Source of the DNA: a virus
Taxonomy: Duplodnaviria > Caudoviricetes
DNA length: 27,427 bases
Virus record (IMG/VR): IMGVR_UViG_3300044477_000110
Span: 1 to 27,427 of that record
Direction: 5' to 3' (one strand)
In this document: positions 8,880-17,567 of the stretch, piece by piece
Position numbering within the stretch: the stretch's first letter is position 1
Layout of the letters: each line of letters opens with the position of its first letter
Program-made: the position numbers and the translations under genes
The notes under the pieces: model-generated
The model's input: only the letters and a program-made list of their open reading frames with translations
Database searches by the model: none
Told to the model about the DNA's origin: nothing

Positions 8880-9586
8880 TATGCGAATTTTTCAAGTAGT
8901 TTGTTCTTTCGTTCTTCTGTCGCTGGCTGAAGTATCTGCCCGGGTTTTCCTTTCGTCTCGACTTTTATCGAATAAATATCCTGCCATTCTTTCCCCTTGG
9001 CGTATTCGATTAGTTCTTTCGCCTTCGTGATATTATCCCCACTTAATTCAATAAGCCGCTCACTGAATCGCTTAACACCAGCTTCTGTTTTCAATGGTTT
9101 TTTGATTAACTTTCTATATTGTAACCAATCGTTTACCAATCCCAAGTAAACGGTATTCACAAAGCTTAGATCAAGTTCCGTCCTCACCTTCTTATTTGGG
9201 GGCGTTTTAATAATTACATCAGAAAAGGTATCAGGAAAAGCCTCAGAATTTGATACCTTTTCTGATACCTTTTTCTTAACTTCCTTAACAACAGGCTTTT
9301 CAAACATATCAGATTCAAAAGAGTACCGGCCTAATGACCTTCTACCTTTGCCTGACTTATAAGAAATAAGCCCCGCATTTATCAGGTTGATTCGTGCGAG
9401 GCTTACTGTATTCTCGGAGACGTTTAAGGATAGACAAAGCTCAAGGTTTGAGCATTCAAAGACATCCTCCCATCCCGACTCATTACAGAGGGCAACAAGC
9501 TCATAATAGAGAGCTTGATCTACTGCTGTCAATCGGGATTTGCGCCGTGCCTTTCTGAGTTTATCGGTTAGAGAGTATCCGTCCAT
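8879..9586 (-). CDS. Phage replication initiator (N-terminal winged helix, internal iterons)
   Basis: DnaD-N-like ALYYELVALCN..GW...ARINLINAGLI; central iteron-encoded KVSEKVS; C-terminal WLQYRK....KPLK; upstream of the loader ATPase. Confidence 0.75.
   Translation of the reverse strand: MDGYSLTDKLRKARRKSRLTAVDQALYYELVALCNESGWEDVFECSNLELCLSLNVSENTVSLARINLINAGLISYKSGKGRRSLGRYSFESDMFEKPVVKEVKKKVSEKVSNSEAFPDTFSDVIIKTPPNKKVRTELDLSFVNTVYLGLVNDWLQYRKLIKKPLKTEAGVKRFSERLIELSGDNITKAKELIEYAKGKEWQDIYSIKVETKGKPGQILQPATEERKNKLLEKFA
9223..9273. repeat. Iteron array inside the initiator gene
   Basis: AAAAGGTATCAG, GAAAAGCCTCAG, then inverted TTGATACCTTTT, CTGATACCTTTT (12-bp units). Confidence 0.7.
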
Positions 9587-9588
9587 AG

Positions 9589-9975
9589 TTAGAATGGTAA
9601 ATCATCCCCTTCTTCGTCAGTAGGGATTTGTGAGGGTTGTGTTTGGGTTGCTTCAGACTTAGGGGCTCCTAAGAATTCCATGTGATCTGCAACGATCTCT
9701 GTTACATAATGAGTCTGGCCTTCTTTTTCATACGAACGGGTTTTTAACTTCCCTTCAATATAAAGCTTAGTGCCTTTCTTTACGTATTTCTCACACAATT
9801 CAGCAAGTTGCCGCCACATCACTATGCGGTGCCAGTCCGTCACAACCTTCTTTTCATTGTTCTGGGTATATCTCTCAGTTGTCGCCAAACTGAAGGATGC
9901 CACTTTTGTATTATTCGCAGTGTTGATCTTTGGATCCTCACCAACGTTACCTGATAAGATTACTTTGTTTGCCAT
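9589..9975 (-). CDS. ssb: Single-stranded DNA-binding protein
   Basis: NKVILSGNVGEDP, FSLAT, TDWHRIV, IEGKLKTRSY, acidic tail DDLPF. Confidence 0.95.
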   Translation of the reverse strand: MANKVILSGNVGEDPKINTANNTKVASFSLATTERYTQNNEKKVVTDWHRIVMWRQLAELCEKYVKKGTKLYIEGKLKTRSYEKEGQTHYVTEIVADHMEFLGAPKSEATQTQPSQIPTDEEGDDLPF

Positions 9976-9985
9976 AGGTTTAAAT

Positions 9986-10192
9986 TTATTGTCTGGGATA
10001 TGTTTTTGTACTTGAAAGCTCGTGTTCGAAGTACTTCAATGATGCAATATTGTGATCAAAGGCCACAGAATACTCGTGCATACCGGTTAGATAGGAATAG
10101 ATTATATCTATTACAACCCCTTGAGGTGACTCTGGTATGACATGATATACAGGATCGCCAATTGAAAATCTTGGATTCTTTGGTTGCTTCAT
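9986..10192 (-). CDS. Hypothetical protein (small SH3-like beta protein)
   Basis: PRFSIGDPVYH...FEHEL pattern; fits the operon. Confidence 0.6.
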   Translation of the reverse strand: MKQPKNPRFSIGDPVYHVIPESPQGVVIDIIYSYLTGMHEYSVAFDHNIASLKYFEHELSSTKTYPRQ

Positions 10193-10212
10193 AATGGGTT
10201 TCTTTAAAATAG

Positions 10213-10235
10213 AAAAGCCCCATTACTGAGGCTTT
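10213..10235 (-). terminator. Putative intrinsic terminator
   Basis: Minus strand AAAGCC-TCAGTAATGG-GGCTTTTCT. Confidence 0.55.
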
Positions 10236-10240
10236 AGTTG

Positions 10241-10405
10241 TTACTGATGTATTCTTTTAGAGGTAATGCTAATAAAGCTCCCACAAACAAGGTCATTTAA
10301 AGAAATTGTTTTCTCTCCATACTTTTTATCATATCTGGGTGATTCAGGGTTGCAGTATCGACAATCCCTGCATTTTGCTGCCCTTGTGTATGTTATTGTG
10401 GTCAT
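10241..10405 (-). CDS. Small Cys-rich protein (54 aa), below the ORF-track cutoff
   Basis: MTTITYTRAAKCRDCRYCNPESPRYDKKYGEKTISLNDLVCGSFISITSKRIHQ*; ATGA overlap with the upstream stop. Confidence 0.55.
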   Translation of the reverse strand: MTTITYTRAAKCRDCRYCNPESPRYDKKYGEKTISLNDLVCGSFISITSKRIHQ

Positions 10406-10656
10406 CGATTATTCCTTTCAAGGTGGTTTACAAACAGATCTATCTCTTCACGCAAAATTTTCATTTTCTGAATGAAGTCTTCAACAGTGTCATCGCTGGT
10501 TTTACTCAATCTTGCTGAAATGCTACAATCCGACACTTGGAGATATGTCTCTCTGATTTTATCTCCTTTCCAATGATTAACTTCTCCATCGAAAGCAACG
10601 ACATTGCCGGTGGATGGAGAGCCTATTTTATTCAACCATACTCTGCTATTGTACAT
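10402..10656 (-). CDS. Hypothetical protein
   Basis: 84 aa; tightly packed in the operon. Confidence 0.65.
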   Translation of the reverse strand: MYNSRVWLNKIGSPSTGNVVAFDGEVNHWKGDKIRETYLQVSDCSISARLSKTSDDTVEDFIQKMKILREEIDLFVNHLERNNR

Positions 10657-10711
10657 GACTATTGTAATCGTTTATTGCTTTAAAAATCTGATATACCACT
10701 TGCGGAACTAA
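10646..10711 (-). pseudogene. Displaced original 3' end of the C5 methyltransferase gene
   Basis: Reads LVPQVVYQIFKAINDYNSHVQ*, paralogous to the current C-terminus VIPQLVFQIFKTIDLYENGNSL*. Confidence 0.75.
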
Positions 10712-11157
10712 TGGTTAATTATATAAGAAACGGCTTGAGGTGTTATCCCGTATTCCAAAGCTAGTTTGTTCCCTTTTTCACCATTTCTGAATCTAATTCT
10801 TATCTCATTCCTCTGTGCATCATTAATCTTTGCCGATGTTGAATGTTTTTTCATGATTATTATCCTGCATTCATATGAGCATGTTTTCTGTCTATTCCGT
10901 TTTGTTGGGTTTGGGGTAAATTCCCTTTTACATACTTCACAATTTTTCACAACTGCATACTTCTGATTATGAATAATGCTATGCTCTCTGTTTGATAATA
11001 ATTGCAAATTTGATAGCGAATTGTTCCGCTTATTTCCGTCAATATGATGGACTACTTCATGTCTCATTAGTTTTCTGCCTAGATGTGATTCCATAATAAA
11101 ACGGTGTTCGTCAATGCTTCGACCTTTAATTTTTCTTCTTTTATAAACTGTTTCCAT
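10708..11157 (-). CDS. Free-standing HNH homing endonuclease
   Basis: EHRFIME..LGRKL...EVVHHIDGNKRNN..SNL; CxxC...CS..C zinc motif; C-terminal HTH; likely start METVYK at 11157 (track starts at 11196). Confidence 0.9.
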   Translation of the reverse strand: METVYKRRKIKGRSIDEHRFIMESHLGRKLMRHEVVHHIDGNKRNNSLSNLQLLSNREHSIIHNQKYAVVKNCEVCKREFTPNPTKRNRQKTCSYECRIIIMKKHSTSAKINDAQRNEIRIRFRNGEKGNKLALEYGITPQAVSYIINH

Positions 11158-12082
11158 TTTCGTATAAATCAATCGTTTTAAATATTTGAAATACAAGCTG
11201 TGGGATTACGCTATTTCCGTAAGCCTTTATGGATTCGTTTCGGTGTTTCGGAAAGGTAATTCCGTCCAGTTGGGTGGGAATCCCATCATTTCCCCCACGA
11301 ACTGGGGATTGAGTTGGGAACTTATCCCAGGTTGGCCGAAAAAATCCGGCAGACTGTTCGTTTCTGTTCGTCCGGCTGCTTGTAATGCCTTCGTGCTTCT
11401 CGCTCCTTTGTAATCCCGCGTTGTCGGTGTTGGTATCAGTCCAATGAACATTGCCATGTCCAAAACACTGTTCGGTCTGTTCTCTCCCGCTTTTCGGCTC
11501 ATCATTGTTTCCGCTCCAACATCCAAAAGTCCTTGCACTCGTTCTGGATGGTCCCGTTGTACACTTGTTGGAGTAGGCCACAAACCAAACCCTTTCTCTT
11601 CTATGGGGGGCGTTGACGGCACAAGCTGGAAGTACATACGGTTGTACTTCGTACCCCGCAGCTTCCAGGTCAGTTTGCACCTCGTTGAATACCAATCCCC
11701 CGTTCCAATTAACAAGGCCGAAAACGTTTTCGCCCACAACCCATTCCGGCTGAATTTCCCGAATGACTCTAAGCATTTCAGGCCAGAGGTGACGGTCGTC
11801 TTCTTTCCCAAGTCGCTTTCCTGCAAGGCTGTAGGGTTGACATGATTAAGGGAACCCGCCCACAACGATAGTTGCTTTGAGCGGGTTCCAGTTTGAGTTT
11901 TTTTCAATTGATTCACGGGTTAATGTTTTAATATCGGAATGATGATAAGCATTTGGCCAGTAGTATTTCAGTACTCGTTGGCCGAATGGGTTGATTTCGC
12001 ATGATGAAATAACATCCCATCCTGCCCATGTGGCTGCGAGTTCAAACCCACCAATCCCAGAAAACAAGCTAATTAGCTGCAT
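11141..12082 (-). CDS. DNA (cytosine-5) methyltransferase, alpha chain, interrupted by in-frame TAA TCA at the catalytic Pro-Cys (recoded gene or pseudogene)
   Basis: One frame joins track ORFs 11846-12082 and 11141-11776: motif I SLFSGIGGF, motif IV GGFP*SCQPYS, VI ENV, VIII PHRRERVWFVA, X KAYGNSV; motif IX absent from this frame. Confidence 0.85.
11227..11916 (-). CDS. Overlapping-frame methyltransferase beta chain (TRD-like repeats and motif IX); start uncertain
   Basis: 229 open codons inside the alpha gene; LWPTPT, IPTPTTRDYKG, LNPQFVGEMMGFPPNWT; architecture like M.EcoHK31I beta. Confidence 0.7.
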   Translation of the reverse strand: MNQLKKTQTGTRSKQLSLWAGSLNHVNPTALQESDLGKKTTVTSGLKCLESFGKFSRNGLWAKTFSALLIGTGDWYSTRCKLTWKLRGTKYNRMYFQLVPSTPPIEEKGFGLWPTPTSVQRDHPERVQGLLDVGAETMMSRKAGENRPNSVLDMAMFIGLIPTPTTRDYKGARSTKALQAAGRTETNSLPDFFGQPGISSQLNPQFVGEMMGFPPNWTELPFRNTETNP

Positions 12083-12125
12083 ATTTCCTCCCTCTTGTAA
12101 ATTGGTTGTTTGATCGTTATTGCTA

Positions 12126-12323
12126 TCATATTTTCACTTCTATTTGAGTTTTAATCTTCACGCTTATCGCGCGTCTTCCACTCTCATCGTAAATCCTTGA
12201 CGACTCAGTGATAAGGCTGATATTCGTTAATTCAAAGTCTTTGATAAATGCAGCAAGAATGCTATTTATTTTAGCCTCAGCCTCTTCTTTGGCTATTCTG
12301 ACTTCATCGATGGTTGCTTTCAT
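12126..12323 (-). CDS. Hypothetical protein
   Basis: 65 aa, ATG start with AT-rich leader, operon context. Confidence 0.6.
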   Translation of the reverse strand: MKATIDEVRIAKEEAEAKINSILAAFIKDFELTNISLITESSRIYDESGRRAISVKIKTQIEVKI

Positions 12324-12342
12324 TTGGTTTCGGTTTAACTGG

Positions 12343-12616
12343 TTATTCGGTTGCTTTTTTGATGGCTGCTTTTGCTTTATACCACGTGACGTGATTTCTG
12401 TCGGTAATGCTGATTATTTCAAGAAGAGCCTCAAGTAACTCAGGCGCAGCGGCTACAAGTTTTGCGTTGGCTATTATCTCCTGTTTGGATTGCAATCCTC
12501 CACCAACTTCACCTATAAAAGTCTTATCACTGGATTGATCTACAGTTTCAATATAAAATTCTGAGAATATAGAAGGTCTAAATTTCCATGGCCCAGGCGT
12601 GTGTTTTGTTTCCATT
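12343..12616 (-). CDS. Conserved phage hypothetical protein (HTPGPW ... ANAxLxAAAPELLEAL type)
   Basis: Recognisable motifs KHTPGPW and ANAKLVAAAPELLEAL; likely start METKH near 12615 (track starts at 12639). Confidence 0.7.
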
Positions 12617-12625
12617 GAGTGCTTT

Positions 12626-15142
12626 TTAAACGGTTTCAATTACATCAAATAGTGAAGGAGACATCACATTCATCTCTGTTGACCGGCAGTAACTAACGCC
12701 ATCTCGGAAATATTCAGGGTTCAACTCACATCCTTTGCCTTTGCGCCCCAACTTCATAGCCCTGACAGGGACGGTCATCAATCCTCCAAATGGATCATAA
12801 ACTAACTCGCCTGGATTAGAGTATCGAGTAATACAACGATCAACAATATCAAACTGAAGCGGGCAGACATGCATCTGTAACTTCTTCCTGTTTTGATCGC
12901 CATTGAGGGTGAGCATTCTATTGACATCGCTCCAGACGAACATTGATCTGGCCGGTATCTTCAAAGTTTCGAATGTGGCCGGCAGCTTACCCATATCTTC
13001 TAGAGTAAGGGCGATGTCGGTATGCTCATTAAAATCATAAGTCCTTTCACTCATGAACTCAGAGAAATAGCGGTTGATATCATCAATGCCAAGTTGCTTA
13101 AATTCATCACGTGTCAGGAATCGATTTCCGGAACTGTTCCATTTAGCCCGTGCATCTATCTGCCAGCGTCCGCGCTTGTATTCTTCCTTTGTTTTTACAA
13201 CCGGTAGATCAGCATAGGCCCGTGATGTATCAGTTGGCAGTTTTCTCACAACGATTAAATACTCAGGACATCCAACGCCCATCTTCGTGCCATCCTTACA
13301 TTGTTCTGTCCACCCAAGGCGATAGGTTTGGTTATTCTCTCTAACGACATCCGTTTCAATAGTGATGGTTGCCATCTTCCTGAAGCCGTGCTTCTTAAAA
13401 TGAAGGCTGGTTTCTTCATGGAAATAGTCGAGTGTTGGCATCCCGTCACCGGTGGCATTGCCGAACATCACCCGATCTTTGACATGAATACAAGCAACGC
13501 GCCCAGGCTTTAACACCCTGAATAGTTCGGGTGTCAGATAATCCATTTGCGCCCAGAAATGATCATTATTATTGGTGTGTCCAAAGTCGTTGTAGGAAGG
13601 AGTGTATTCGTAATGGTTGGCAAATGGAATTGATGTCACAATCAGATCAACACTGTTGCTTTCCATCAGCGAAGTCTCAACCACACAATCGTTGTGAACT
13701 GCTTCATAAAGTTTCCCTTTTACCTCTTTTCGATCAACTCCAATTGAGCGTTGCATCTTCTCTTCGGCACTCACTGATGAAAGGCCGTTTTCTTTGATTA
13801 TCTGTGTCATTTTAGCTACTAAATTGTTGTGTAAACTCCACTTTGTTTGAAGTGCTTTCAATATCTCGCCTTCGCTTTCAGCATAGATGATATGGATCTC
13901 AACTACGTGTTTTTGTTGATACCTGTAAACGCGGTGGATGGCTTGAATGAAGTCATTGAACTCATAACCTATACCCAAGAAGATAGCTTTATGGCAGTGA
14001 TACTGGAAGTTGCAACCCTGTCCGCTGATCTCAGGCTTCGTGGCTAAATACTGGATCCTGCCTTCTGAAAAATCAATGATTCTCTTTTCTCTGGTTTCGT
14101 AGTCAAGCGACCCGTACACATCGGCAGCATTCAATCCCTTCAACTCACTCATTACAGCATGTCTCTCGGCTTCTAAATCGTGCCAAATAATGTAATGAGA
14201 TTCTGGATCCTTTTCTATGATTGATTTCATTTCAGCAACCCGTTCGGGCATAGAATCGCGCTTTTCTTTGGCCGCATCTTTTAACCCCAATGCCGCATCT
14301 CGGAACATTTTCACTTGTCCATCCTGATCTGTACCTGCAGTATTGTGATTGACCTTAACAGGATGATAAATTATCTTCATCTCCGGCATATCATACCCTG
14401 TATCATCATAACCCAAATCAGATGGCCTTGTAATGAATAATGCCCAACTGCTCATCCAATACCAGAATTCTTTCTCTTTGTGAGGATAGATGGTCAGATT
14501 ATTGGCCTTTGTCGAATCCCGTTGAAAGAATCGCGTCAACGCCTGACCGGTATCCATCACCTCAAGATATCCGGCATAGTGAATCAGCTCTTTGTACTTG
14601 TTCGGTGACGGGGTTGCGGTGCAGACAAACTTGTATTTCACGCCGCGAAACTTCTCCAAGAACGTCTGATAGGTCAGTGACCCATAAGAGCGCAAAACAG
14701 AGGCTTCGTCAAGGCTTGTCACTACAAATTGTTTGGGGTCTATATCCCCATCCCTGACACGTTCATAGTTTGTGATCAAAATCTTATCATCGGCCTCATA
14801 CGCTTCTTTCATATTCCGAACATAGGTCAATGAGATTCCAAGTTTTTTCAAAGCATCGTTCTTAAATTCCTGCCTTACACCTAACGGGCATACGATAAGA
14901 GCTTTTCCGGCTGGTTCAATTTCGACAATGGTTTTACAGATAATCAACTGTTGAATGGTTTTACCTAGTCCAAAGCTTTCGAATAATGCCCTCCGACCTC
15001 CTTTGATGGCCCATTGAATTGCGTCACGTTGGTGAGGCTTCATTACGGTTCCATCCTTAAACGTCATCAGAGGTATTTCAATGTCAACCCCGCTCACTGG
15101 GGCAATGACTATTTTTGATTTTAGAAATTCGTTGTAATTCAT
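12626..15142 (-). CDS. SNF2-like helicase fused to a beta-class N4/N6 DNA methyltransferase
   Basis: FGLGKT, LDEAS, TATPSPN, QAIHRVYRYQQ; C-terminal VTSIPF, HVCPLQ, VYDPFGG; likely start MNYNEF at 15142. Confidence 0.85.
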   Translation of the reverse strand: MNYNEFLKSKIVIAPVSGVDIEIPLMTFKDGTVMKPHQRDAIQWAIKGGRRALFESFGLGKTIQQLIICKTIVEIEPAGKALIVCPLGVRQEFKNDALKKLGISLTYVRNMKEAYEADDKILITNYERVRDGDIDPKQFVVTSLDEASVLRSYGSLTYQTFLEKFRGVKYKFVCTATPSPNKYKELIHYAGYLEVMDTGQALTRFFQRDSTKANNLTIYPHKEKEFWYWMSSWALFITRPSDLGYDDTGYDMPEMKIIYHPVKVNHNTAGTDQDGQVKMFRDAALGLKDAAKEKRDSMPERVAEMKSIIEKDPESHYIIWHDLEAERHAVMSELKGLNAADVYGSLDYETREKRIIDFSEGRIQYLATKPEISGQGCNFQYHCHKAIFLGIGYEFNDFIQAIHRVYRYQQKHVVEIHIIYAESEGEILKALQTKWSLHNNLVAKMTQIIKENGLSSVSAEEKMQRSIGVDRKEVKGKLYEAVHNDCVVETSLMESNSVDLIVTSIPFANHYEYTPSYNDFGHTNNNDHFWAQMDYLTPELFRVLKPGRVACIHVKDRVMFGNATGDGMPTLDYFHEETSLHFKKHGFRKMATITIETDVVRENNQTYRLGWTEQCKDGTKMGVGCPEYLIVVRKLPTDTSRAYADLPVVKTKEEYKRGRWQIDARAKWNSSGNRFLTRDEFKQLGIDDINRYFSEFMSERTYDFNEHTDIALTLEDMGKLPATFETLKIPARSMFVWSDVNRMLTLNGDQNRKKLQMHVCPLQFDIVDRCITRYSNPGELVYDPFGGLMTVPVRAMKLGRKGKGCELNPEYFRDGVSYCRSTEMNVMSPSLFDVIETV

Positions 15143-15146
15143 TAGA

Positions 15147-17567
15147 TTATATTTTAAATTCCTCCGAAAGAATATCAATCAATTCATCCTGCATCTGGAT
15201 TTCAATGGACTGATGATCTCCGGTGATCTGGTTAGCAACTTCACGTTTTTTATCGATTAGCATGTAAATCCAATTATCAATTGTTTGATAGCCAAGAAAG
15301 TAAGTGCATTGAACTGCGAATTTTTGACCATTACGATCACATCTGTCCTCGCATTGAGTTGTATCGGCGGGATGCCATGGAAGTTCTATAAAGCACACAT
15401 TTGAGCTCGCAGTGAGAGTAATTCCGACACCAGCGGCTTTTATGCTACAAATGATAACATCAACATTCGGATCGTTTTGGAAACGGTCAATACTTCGCTG
15501 TCTGGTCTGTGAATCATCTTCGCCTAATACAGTGACAGCCTTGGGAAATTCCTTCTTAAGCATATCCGAAACCTCTCTCAAATGGCAGAATAGAACCACT
15601 TTTTGATCGGCACTTCTAAGAGAATTCACATGCTCTCTGACTGCCTCAATCTTGCCCCTTGCAGCAATGTTTTTAAGGATTCCGATCTTTACCATCGCCG
15701 CACCTCTCATCGATCTGGCTATTTCAGCATTGCTGGCCTGTCGGTATTCTTTGAGATATCTTTTTAAATCATCCTCAGCTACCTTGTATTCATCAGAAGT
15801 AGTGATCTCAACAGGGAATAGATGTCTGGTTTTAGGAGGTAGATCTTTCAGAACATCTCGCTTTAAACGCCTGATGAATCCTGTTTCTTTCAATTTATCT
15901 CTTATCTCATCACTGCTCATTGATTTGAAACCATCGGCACCGCCAAAATGCTTCAACTGGCCGGTGATGGATAGTAATGGAATCATGTCATCTCTATGGT
16001 TCACAACAGGCGTTCCTGTTAACCCAATCACATATTCCCGCGAAGTGGATAATCCTTTGATGAGTTTACTTTGAAGCGTTCCGGCTTCTTTGCAGCGATG
16101 GAACTCATCGATGATTATGGATTTGAATATCTTAGTCTCTGGCCTAAAATGAATCTTTTTCAAGGTCAGTTCTCCCGGTTCAATATCTAGTACAAAGAAC
16201 TTTTTCAAGCTCTCATAATTCACAATGAAGATGTCGGTTTTCGTGTCTAACCCGAAGGGGTTTTTCATTGCAAATGCCCACCAAGAATGCAGATTTGTGT
16301 TGCTCAAGATCATGGCTCGTTTGCCGGTCCACATTTCCCATTCTCGCTGCCAGTTGATTTTTAAAGAGGATGGGCATATTACAAGACAAGGGAATGAATG
16401 ACTATTGTTTACCGTCATAATGCTTTGAGCCGTATTGTGAGTCACCACATAATCATCCGTCACATACAAATGATCTGGATGATCTACCTTTATGCATCTA
16501 GACTCTTCGACCCCAACAAATGCTATTGATTTAATATACCTTCTAACAGTCGTTGGCTTCCAATTATCAGCTTTGCGTTTTAACGAAAATGGGCTGAAAC
16601 TGACATTAATACTCACTTGATATTCTATGCCTTTCCCTTCTTTTAAACGATCATATCTATTAAGCCTGGCAATGCCTCCAAGTGACTGAACAAGCTTTAC
16701 GACATCCTTGGCGAGTAATAGAGATGTTGTATGAAAAACAGTTCGATTTTTTATACAACTACCATCTGTATCCATCAAGCCTTTTAGAAGATCTATCCTT
16801 GATTCTACGTCATTGTATAAGTACTTTTCAGGAATGGATTTCTCGCCCGACTTGACATTTAAACCTATGCTTTCAATTTCCTCGCTCCACGGATTCTTTT
16901 TGGTTGTATTTGTCTGTGTAATATAAAATTGAGGGCAATTAAGGTTGCTGTTTTTCCAAACTTTCAAATTCGATGGCAATAACGTTTTTACTTTATCCAA
17001 TATTTGACTATCAAAATCAGGATTTGAAAAACAAACATTTCCATTGGATAGTGAACCATCCCCGATAAGCACTCCTAATATATACGAGGGTATAACTAAA
17101 GTCCGACTATTAAAACAGACAGGTTGGGTTATTGGAATCTCCCATTTTAACACAGGCTTTCTTCCTGTATCATCTCTTTTCTTTGATGGTTTTAATATCA
17201 ACCCGGATTTTATAAGTTCACCTGTCGTTTTAACAACCCACCCAAGTCCTCTATTCCTTCTGTTTCGATCTCTTACACACCACAAATGTTCAATATCGCA
17301 TTCGGTCGTACTTTCATCATTAAATGTCACCTTATAAATAGGCCTTTCGCCCTGATTATATACACCTGACACATTAGATGTTTGTCCATCGGGGGTAGAA
17401 ATAATATCACCTACCTTTATTTTCCCCATCGAGATATGTCCATGTGGAGTGTATATTAATGACTTTAGAGGTTGGCTTTTACCTAAACCTGGCTCATCTG
17501 CATTGATAAACTTTTTATATTTCAATCCCGATTGAATCCCCTCTTTTTGATATGGATACGGCTCCAT
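15147..17567 (-). CDS. SNF2/HARP-like helicase containing an intein
   Basis: ADEPGLGK|intein|T, IIDEFH, LTGTPV, AAGVGITLT, QCEDRCDRNGQ. Confidence 0.9.
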   Translation of the reverse strand: MEPYPYQKEGIQSGLKYKKFINADEPGLGKSQPLKSLIYTPHGHISMGKIKVGDIISTPDGQTSNVSGVYNQGERPIYKVTFNDESTTECDIEHLWCVRDRNRRNRGLGWVVKTTGELIKSGLILKPSKKRDDTGRKPVLKWEIPITQPVCFNSRTLVIPSYILGVLIGDGSLSNGNVCFSNPDFDSQILDKVKTLLPSNLKVWKNSNLNCPQFYITQTNTTKKNPWSEEIESIGLNVKSGEKSIPEKYLYNDVESRIDLLKGLMDTDGSCIKNRTVFHTTSLLLAKDVVKLVQSLGGIARLNRYDRLKEGKGIEYQVSINVSFSPFSLKRKADNWKPTTVRRYIKSIAFVGVEESRCIKVDHPDHLYVTDDYVVTHNTAQSIMTVNNSHSFPCLVICPSSLKINWQREWEMWTGKRAMILSNTNLHSWWAFAMKNPFGLDTKTDIFIVNYESLKKFFVLDIEPGELTLKKIHFRPETKIFKSIIIDEFHRCKEAGTLQSKLIKGLSTSREYVIGLTGTPVVNHRDDMIPLLSITGQLKHFGGADGFKSMSSDEIRDKLKETGFIRRLKRDVLKDLPPKTRHLFPVEITTSDEYKVAEDDLKRYLKEYRQASNAEIARSMRGAAMVKIGILKNIAARGKIEAVREHVNSLRSADQKVVLFCHLREVSDMLKKEFPKAVTVLGEDDSQTRQRSIDRFQNDPNVDVIICSIKAAGVGITLTASSNVCFIELPWHPADTTQCEDRCDRNGQKFAVQCTYFLGYQTIDNWIYMLIDKKREVANQITGDHQSIEIQMQDELIDILSEEFKI
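16434..17477 (-). mobile_element. 348-aa LAGLIDADG intein (class 3-type) in helicase Walker A
   Basis: Starts SQPL after GLGK and ends VVTHN before Thr; LGVLIGDG and LKGLMDTDG motifs; W (EHLW), C (RCIKV), T (VTHN) triad. Confidence 0.9.

Noticed and set aside
11846-11848. Genome-wide TAA reassignment or a suppressor tRNA explaining the methyltransferase stop
   Set aside because: TAA ends many ordinary genes here, no tRNA with a UUA anticodon is present, and readthrough would leave two extra residues between Pro and Cys
11846-11848. Selenocysteine at the catalytic position
   Set aside because: The stop is TAA, not TGA, and a normal TGT Cys codon follows
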